The notes under the pieces were generated by a model. It saw only the letters and a list, made by a program, of their open reading frames with translations. It made no database searches and was not told the origin of the DNA. The position numbers and the translations under genes were made by a program. From Octopus vulgaris (Eukaryota): DNA of 64,000 bases. Shown here one piece after another: positions 54,358 through 64,000 of the stretch. Location of the stretch: assembly GCA_951406725.2 (NCBI GenBank), contig OX597819.1:51274001-51338000 (forward strand), written 5' to 3'. Each line of letters starts with the position of its first letter. Positions within the stretch are counted from its first letter, which is position 1.

Positions 54358-56608
54358 GTCATAAGCCAACTAATTAGAGAGAGAGTTAGTTTAGATGAGA
54401 TGCAGTTTGGTTTCGTGCCAGGGAAAAGTACCACTGATGCTATATTCCTGGTAAGGCAGCTGCAGGAGAAATACCTAGCCAAAGATAAGCCCCTGTACCT
54501 GGCTTTTGTTGACATGGAGAAAGCCTTCGACAGGGTCCCCTGATCCCTCATATGGTGGTCAATGAGGAAACTAGGAATAGATGAATGGTTAGTGAGAGCT
54601 GTGCAAGCCATGTACAGGGACGCTGCTAGTAAGGTGAGCGTTGGCAATGAGTACAGTGAAGAATTCCGGGTAGAGGTAGGGGTCCACCAAGGCTCAGTCC
54701 TCAGCCCCTCCTATTTATCATAGTCCTCCAGGCAATAACGGAGGAATTCAAGACAGGATGCCCCTGGGAGCTCCTCTATGCTGATGACCTTGCTCTAATT
54801 GCTGAGTCATTATCAGAACTGGAGAAGAAGTTTCAGGTGTGGAAGCATGGTTTAGAATCGAAGGGCCTTAGAATCAACCTAGCTAAAACCAAAGTCCTAA
54901 TAAGTAGGAAGGTAGACAAATCACAAACGCCTTCAGGTAGATGGCCCTGCTCGATCTGTAGAAAAGGTGTAGGTAGAAACTCTATAAGATGCACCAAGTG
55001 TAAGCTATGGACACATAAGAGGTGCAGCAATGTCATAGGAAGGCTAACTAGGAAGATGGTTTTTGTATGTGGCAGATGCTCGGGAGCATTAACCTCTGAA
55101 AATCTGCAGAAAACAACTTCCGTCACTTTCCAGGGGAAAAAACTAGAAGTAGTTGATAGCTTCCGTTATCTTGGTGACCAAGTCAGTAGTGGGGGTGGGT
55201 GTGATGAAAGTGTAACGGCTAGAGTAAGAATAGCCTGGGCAAAGTTTAGGGAGCTCTTACCTCTGTTGGTGACTAAAGGCCTCTCGCTCAGAGTAAAAGG
55301 CAGACTGTATGATGCATGTGTACGAACAGCCATGCTACATGGCAGTGAAACATGGGCCGTGACTGCTGAGGACATGCGTAAGCTCGCGAGAAATGAAGCT
55401 AGTATGCTCCGTTGGATGTGTAATGTCAGTGTTCATAGTCGACAGAGTGTAAGTACCTTGAGAGAAAAGTTGGACCTAAGAGGAATCAGATGTTGTGTGC
55501 AAGAGAGACGATTGCGCTGGTATGGTCATGTGGTGAGAATGGATGAAGATAGGTGTGTGAAAAAGTGCCACACCCTGGCAGTTGAGGGGACCTGTGGAAA
55601 AGGTAGACCCAGGAAAACCTGGGTCGAGGTGGTGAAGCACGACCTTCGAACTCTAGGTCTCACCAAGGAAATGACCAGAGACCGAGACCTATGGAAGTAT
55701 GCTGTGCGTGAGAAGACCCGGCAAGACCAGTGAGAACAATCAAAATAAAGCAGGGGTTAAGTGACCCATCCGTTCGTGTCCGCTGTCAGCCTCGTCTGGC
55801 ACCCGTGCCGGTGATACGTAAAAGCACCATTCGCTCGTGGCCGTTTGCCAGTTCTGCCTGGCCCCCGTGTCGGTGGCACGTAAAAGCACCATCCGTTCGT
55901 GTTCGTTGCCAGCCTCGCCTGGCCCTGTGCCGGTGACACGTAAAAGCACCGTCCGTTCGTGGCCGTTCGCCAGCTCTGTCTGGCCCCGTGTCGGTGGCAC
56001 GTAAAAGCACCATCCGTTCGTGGCCGTTTGCCAGCTCTGTCTGGCCCCGTGTCGGTGGCACGTAAAAGCACCATCCGTTCGTGTCCGTTGCCAGCCTCGG
56101 CTGGCCCCCGTGCCGGTGACACGTAAAAGCACCATCCGTTCGTGGCCGTTTGCCAGCTCTGTCTGGCAACCGTGTCGGTGGCACGTAAAAGCACCATCCG
56201 TTCGCGTCCGTTGCCAGCCTCGGCTGGCCCCTGTGCCGGTGACACGTAAAAGCACCATCCGTTCGTGGCCGTTTGCCAGCTCTGTCTGGCCCCGTGTCGG
56301 TGGCACGTAAAAGCACCATCCGTTCGTGTCCGTTGCCAGCATCGCCTGGCCCCGTGCCGGTGACACGTAAAAGCACCATCCGTTCGTGGCCGTTCGCCAG
56401 CTCTGTCTGGCACCTGTGCAGGTGGCACGTAAAAAACACCCACTACACTCGCGGAGTGGTTGGCGTTAGGAAGGGCATCCAGCCGTAGAAACACTGCCAG
56501 ATCTGACTGGGCCTGACGAAGCCTTCCAGCTTCACAGACCCCAGTTGACCCGTCCAACCCATGCTAGCATGGAAAGCGGACGCTAAATGATGATGATGAT
56601 GATGATGA

Positions 56609-56612
<4 letters not shown>
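54358..56612 (+). mobile_element. 5'-truncated RTE LINE with Cys-rich insert, tandem-repeat 3'UTR and (TGA)n tail
   Basis: MQFGFVPGKSTTDAIF, AFVDMEKAFDRVP, GVHQGSVLSP, YADDL, FRYLGD, LHGSETW, RLRWYGHV, GRPRKTW; one stop and one frameshift; tail ttggcgttaggaagggcatccagc..cggacgctaaatgatgatga; flanked by (TA)n. Confidence 0.93.
55766..56440 (+). repeat. Minisatellite, 11 units of 60-62 bp, in RTE 3'UTR
   Basis: Unit ccatccgttcgtg(g/t)ccgtt(t)gccag..ctggccccgtg(c/t)cggtg(a/g)cacgtaaaagca; acgtaaaagcacc counted 11 times (last variant). Confidence 0.95.
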
Positions 56613-56660
<48 letters not shown>

Positions 56661-56663
<3 letters not shown>

Positions 56664-56902
56664 CGTAGGAGTGGCTGTGTGGTAACTAGCTTGCTTACCA
56701 ACCACATGGTTCCGGGTTCAGTCCCAGTGCGGGCCTACCAAAGCCTTGTGAGCAGATTTGGTAGACGGAAACTGTTGGCAAAAAAGACCGATTGAATAAG
56801 TATTAGGCTTACAAAGAATAATTCCTGGGGTGGATTTGCTCGACTAAAGGCGGTGCTCTAGCATGGCCACAGTCAAATGACTGAAACAAGTAAAAGAGTA
56901 AA

Positions 56903-56905
<3 letters not shown>
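56661..56905 (+). mobile_element. SINE family 1, internally deleted
   Basis: Head and tail intact, middle including microsatellite missing. Confidence 0.85.
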
Positions 56906-56966
<61 letters not shown>

Positions 56967-56970
<4 letters not shown>

Positions 56971-57138
56971 TTGCTTAATGACTGACGGAAGATGAAAGAT
57001 ACGAGAAATGTTTTAATCACTACAATTGTTTCGACACATCTACACCAAGGGACGCTCCTAAACCAAGTGTAGGTTCCATAATGCTAGATGAGGCAATTGT
57101 AGTATCTTCCATCTTCCGTCTCTCCCATTAACCAAATA
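56967..57138. mobile_element. Degraded fold-back element related to 4142-4290
   Basis: gacggaagatgaaagat..actacaattg / caattgtagt..atcttccatcttccgtc; carries tagatgtgtcgaaacaattgtagtg on minus. Confidence 0.68.
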
Positions 57139-57200
57139 CATAACGAACACTGTGAAAGTGAACGGGATTTACCGCTAAGCTACCAGGTATATACCATGCG

Positions 57201-57259
<59 letters not shown>

Positions 57260-57262
<3 letters not shown>

Positions 57263-57420
57263 CGTAGGCGTAGCTGCGTGGCAAGTAGCTTGCTTCTCAA
57301 CGACATGGTTCCCGGTTCAGACCCACTGCGTGGCACCTTGGGCAAGTGTCTTCTACACCACCCGCGGTCCGACCAAAGCCTTGTGAGTGAACGGAAACTG
57401 AAAGAAGCCCGTCGTATACA
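57260..57420 (+). mobile_element. SINE family 1, 5' half
   Basis: Head through aagaagcccgtcgtata. Confidence 0.85.
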
Positions 57421-57444
57421 CACACACACACACATATATATATA

Positions 57445-57830
57445 TACAAAAATGGGACAAAAACGTAAAACATCCACACAGGTGATATAAAAAAGGGACA
57501 GCATAACGTCCAGACAGACGATACAAAGAAAACAAGGACGGATCATTCGGGGTTTTATTTTCTCAGTCGAGTTCCAGACTATCTTTGCAATTTCGGATGG
57601 TTAAACTTGAGATTGCTCCAATCTGGCCAGCCTCAAGAGAAAACTAAGCTAAGAACACTAGATTCCTTGGGGAAAAAAGCAGCAAATGTATACGAAAACA
57701 AGGACGGGAAAAAACAGACAAATGGTACACAAATATAAATAACAGGACATTAACAACCAGTGTCTTTCGACTAAGGACGAATTAAATTAAGTTGGCGTGT
57801 GTGGAGGTATAAGCCTTTGTCCCATTTGTA
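57445..57830. mobile_element. MITE-like element with short TIRs inside (TA)n
   Basis: Ends tacaaaaatgggacaaa / tttgtcccatttgta. Confidence 0.55.
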
Positions 57831-58185
57831 TATATATATATATACATATATACATGCATACATACATACATACATACATACATACATACATACATACATA
57901 CATACATACATACATACATACATACATACATACACATATATATATATATACGTATATACGTATATATATATATATATATACATATAAATATACATACATA
58001 TATGTATACATATATATACACATATATATATACAAACACATATTTATATATATACACATACACATATATATATACATATACATGTATAAATATACATATA
58101 CATATATACATATACACAAAAGCACAAGGGGTGCATGAAAAGTTTTGAGCCTTCAAGGCCATTGAGCCTTGAAGTCTTGTACCAT

Positions 58186-58221
<36 letters not shown>

Positions 58222-58569
58222 TCCACTCTCAAGGTATTGGTTGACTCGAACCCTCAACAGACAACACAGCAATACGTTCCCAAGGTACCGAGGTGCAGTC
58301 TAGTGGGATCGAACCTTTACAGTGAGACCCTGCCCGTGTGGAATGAGCGTTTTAATCACAAAGCTATGTACACTATACATTATTCATCGTATGTCTGCAT
58401 AGCCACAAAGTTTGTTATTAATCGATAGAAGATGAATTAATAAGTAAATATAAACATCAGATTCTCTTCAATGCAATTCGCCACTTTAGTTTCCTTCCCC
58501 CATCAGCTCTGACAACAGAATGATGCTAATATTCTATATTAATTGCAGTTAAGGTCATTTTTACTGCTT

Positions 58570-58899
58570 TAGCTGCTACTGCTGCTGCTGCTGTTACTAC
58601 TGCTGCTGCTGCTGCAACTGCTGCCGCTGCTGCTGTTGACGACGATGACAATGATGATGGTGATTTTGGTGATGATGCCGATGGTGATGGTGGTGATGAT
58701 AGTGGTGGGATCCTACTACTGCTTTTGTTTTATATTTTTGTACTTACTTGCTTGTTCTTTGCTTGTGGATGCTGTAAATATTGTTTATGATATCCGCCGC
58801 CCCCCCCCCCCACATTATTTCTCTTGATAATAACGTCGTTTTCCTAATAATAATCTGCTTTGCAACAATAACGACGACGACGACGACGACAACGATGAC

Positions 58900-58948
<49 letters not shown>

Positions 58949-58967
58949 TTGATGATGAATGATGATG

Positions 58968-59037
<70 letters not shown>

Positions 59038-59042
59038 GATAG
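58570..59042. repeat. (GCT)n and (GAT)n trinucleotide tracts
   Basis: Direct. Confidence 0.92.
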
Positions 59043-59379
59043 TAATACAGTTTTAACAGTATCAACTGGAATCTTACAGAACTCCAACGCCTGAAATGGA
59101 AGACAAGAAAATTACTGATACTCACTAGAGCACCTACGAAACATTGATTCGCGGAGAAAATGGTAGCTAGACTATCAGAAATGTCCAATGGCTGAATGAA
59201 AAAATTGTTATCGTCTATGATGAATCATCACTCACTTTTTTTCCACACTTTGGTGCGAGTTTATGCTTGGTAACACCCAACAATATCCTTCAACCCTACT
59301 TGTTTTGCCTCTACCATGAAGCAAGACATGAAGCTTTGATTATTCCGGCAGTCATTTCACTTGGCTCTTTTGTTTAACA

Positions 59380-59800
59380 TGGCATAGTTAATGTGGAGAA
59401 TTATCTGAGTAGCTTGGCTCATCATATCCATCATTTGATACAAATATTGTTCTCTGAAGGTAGTACAATCTTCCAAGATGATAAAACACCAGTTCACGCG
59501 ATCGTATTTCAACATTGGTACAAAGCGCACAAAAGTGAAATAGATGACTTGGATTGGCCTCCACAATCAACCCATCTCAACGTAATCGGACGTTTATAGA
59601 GCAGTTTATGGGTAGCAATTTCCTCCTTCGTCGCTGAAAGAGCTAAAGCAGATTTTACTTAAGGAATTGCTCAAAATTCCCCTTACAACCAATCATAACT
59701 TGTACGAATCAATTCTTGGACTTATTATAGCGGTGATTGTTGCCGTAGTGAATAAAACTTCCATTTAACAACATGTCACCATTATTTTGTCGATCTCTTA
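59380..59800 (+). mobile_element. Degraded Tc1-like transposase 3' fragment
   Basis: ORF 59393..59599 IFQDDKTPVH...WPPQSTHLNVI (cf. FQQDNAPxH, WPxxSPDLNPIE). Confidence 0.8.
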
Positions 59801-59865
59801 AATATATATTTATATATTCTTATATTTCCATATGACAATAATTTTTTTCCAAATAAACACACGTT

Positions 59866-60055
59866 CTTCACTTCAGATTTAATATTATTCTTATTTTATG
59901 TCCTCTGTCTGGAAATATTTCGTCACACATGCTGTGACCCCTTCAGCGACACTCCATCCCACGTGTTTCCTCTTGTTTTGTTTTGTTCAGTGAGTGACGA
60001 AAAATTTCCAGACAAAGGACATCAAATACGAACAATAATAAATCTGAAGTGAAAG
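59866..60055. mobile_element. Fold-back element with degenerate hammerhead-like motif at 59906-59951(-)
   Basis: ttcacttcagattt..atgtcct.tgtctggaaat.tttcgtcac / gtgacgaaa.atttccagaca.aggacat..aaatctgaagtgaa; minus CTGAAGG G GTCACA gcatg TGTGAC GAAA TATT TC. Confidence 0.68.
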
Positions 60056-60175
60056 ACGAATTATAGTGACTGTGTTTATTTGGCACAAACAAAAAATTGA
60101 CCATCCTGAAATATAACTATATCTGTTTCAACACACGATTTCACATCAGGAATCTTGCAAAACAAATGCAAAAAC

Positions 60176-60251
<76 letters not shown>

Positions 60252-60342
60252 TTATTTATATCCACACTTATATTTACATATATGTATGTGAATACGCTTT
60301 TGTATGCGTACATAACTAAATGGTTGTATGTATGTGTGTGTG

Positions 60343-60383
<41 letters not shown>

Positions 60384-60629
60384 TTCATGTATGAGATTTG
60401 TTGAGAGATGTTCTATATATGACTCCATTACCTCATTCCCGCAATTGTGTGTGTTGTATGTTGGCTTTGGCATTTCTGTCACCTACTGTTTTATAAGATT
60501 GTGTTTAGTCGCCTTAATGTCTGGTTATCTCCATGTGTTTTGTATACCCAAATCTACATATCATCTAGAACATTCCTTCAGTATGTATATATGTGCGTGT
60601 ATGTTTTTGCTGTGCGCGTGTGTGTATAA

Positions 60630-60696
<67 letters not shown>

Positions 60697-60727
60697 TACA
60701 CAAATATATATATATATATACATATAT

Positions 60728-60778
<51 letters not shown>

Positions 60779-62309
60779 CTAGCCTCACCTTACACATTAT
60801 CTCACTATGATTATCCTTCTATTACCTGTCTAACATCTTTATTTGCTTGCCTTGTTCTGAATTTACCATTTTCTTGAACTCTGTAGGAATCCATATTCCA
60901 TAATTCTTAATTTCACTATTCATTCTGATTGGAATTGCATCGCAACCGTCTACCGACCACATAGCGTGTTTTGGCTTTTACTTAGGATATTCTCGGCTAA
61001 GACACAAAATTTAAGATCTCTTTGTTTACAATTCACTTACTACTTCTACACCCACGCCGAAATATATGCGAACCCTTCATTAAACTCACAATTAAATATT
61101 AATTCCTTATTGTTACAATAAAAAATGTCTTTATTTTGGTAACCATATATATCTTATGTACACTCTTTAACGTCTGAACCCAGTTGTAGCTAAATGATTT
61201 ATAACCTTATACATGCATCTTTTATCACCCACCCACCCCTATACTTAGCATAATATTTCCATCCCACACAAATTGTGCTGAGTACCATGCAAAACTGCTG
61301 TAGATAATATTTATCTTATATATCACCTCAAACTCCGCTGACTATTCTAGCTCTTACTCTTCATGTACACATTGCTTCCTTCACTCCAGACCGTTTAGCA
61401 TCCCCTCTCCCTTCCCATGATGATACTGGCCATTCGGATCGATATATCTTCCTATAACTCTAGAAATTTATGTATATATCCCTTGATATGATTGCTGGTT
61501 TCTATCTATCCCCATAGAAGTATGACATCATTTTTTTAACCTTTTTTTCCTTTTAATCTTCCTCTATACTCCACAATAGAAATAAACCAAATTAAGATTT
61601 TACCTCATTCTTCCTCTGACGATGGAAGACATCGTTGCCATATCGTTGCTAGTAGATTGCTACTATTTGTCTAACTATTGTTTGCTTGCACAAAATGATC
61701 CATCTGCACATCTATTCTTGAAACATGTGCTAAGAGACTTTCTCCAAACTTTATTACTTCCTTCCTTTTTATAATTTCTACTCATATAACAACTCAGCCA
61801 TCCTGCTTACAGATATAAAGATATAAATGTCTAAGTCTAATCCGATACCAGTCGATTAACTGTCAATACTGTTAACCTATTATGTTTTGACTTGTGTTTA
61901 TGTACACACACATATGTTAGTATGTCCGTACATGAGCATGCACGCTCAGTGAATAATATTTTACAAATTCTTAGAATACTAGTTGACGCTGTGCCGTCAA
62001 AAATAACGGCCGATTGTAGTATTTTACATAGAAATAAGGCACAAAATAAGGTAAGTAATAATCACGCATACAAAAATTCACATACTTCCCTTATACATGC
62101 ATACACATTCACACATACTCACACAGATGAAACGCTTATTTTTTCACCCCTTCTTTTTTCCATTGCTATCTCTCACTCTCTCTCTCTCAGTCAGGGTTAT
62201 TGCTCTCACTACTTCTCCTTCACTGAATTACTATTTTCTCTCCTCTCCCTTCATTTATACTACTCTTTCCCCTATTCCGTCCTACTCCTACTCTGTGATT
62301 TTGGACAAA

Positions 62310-64000
<1,691 letters not shown>

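Noticed and set aside
55766-56440. CRISPR-like array
   Set aside because: No unique spacers (units are near-identical A/B variants), no cas genes, eukaryotic context, lies inside an RTE 3'UTR.
55740-56557. Long minus-strand ORFs (208-266 aa)
   Set aside because: Products of the stop-poor GC-rich minisatellite read in all frames.

Overview
AT-rich, microsatellite-saturated eukaryotic non-coding DNA. The SINE repertoire and dense (TA)n/(CA)n/(GATA)n/(AAT)n tracts look like an Octopus-type (coleoid cephalopod) genome; this is recognition from memory, not a database result. I see no intact host gene. Almost all listed ORFs are microsatellite translation artefacts. The real coding remnants are transposon-derived: CR1-like LINE (13.1-16.6 kb plus four fragments), RTE LINEs (0.8-1.7, 36.5-36.8, 54.4-56.6 kb), a Penelope-like element with RT and C-terminal GIY-YIG (49.6-52.4 kb, minus) and several Tc1/mariner derivatives. 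At least three SINE groups are present in many copies. The most striking signal is about 16 minimal type-I hammerhead ribozyme (HHR)-like motifs from several unrelated short repeat families. They keep the stem I / CUGANGA-like / stem II / GAAA / stem III / NUH layout while stem sequences covary. Many lie in both arms of fold-back (inverted-repeat) elements, including a perfect 132-bp palindrome, and one fully canonical HHR sits at the 3' end of the Penelope element. Coordinates were read by eye; boundaries of degraded repeats are approximate.
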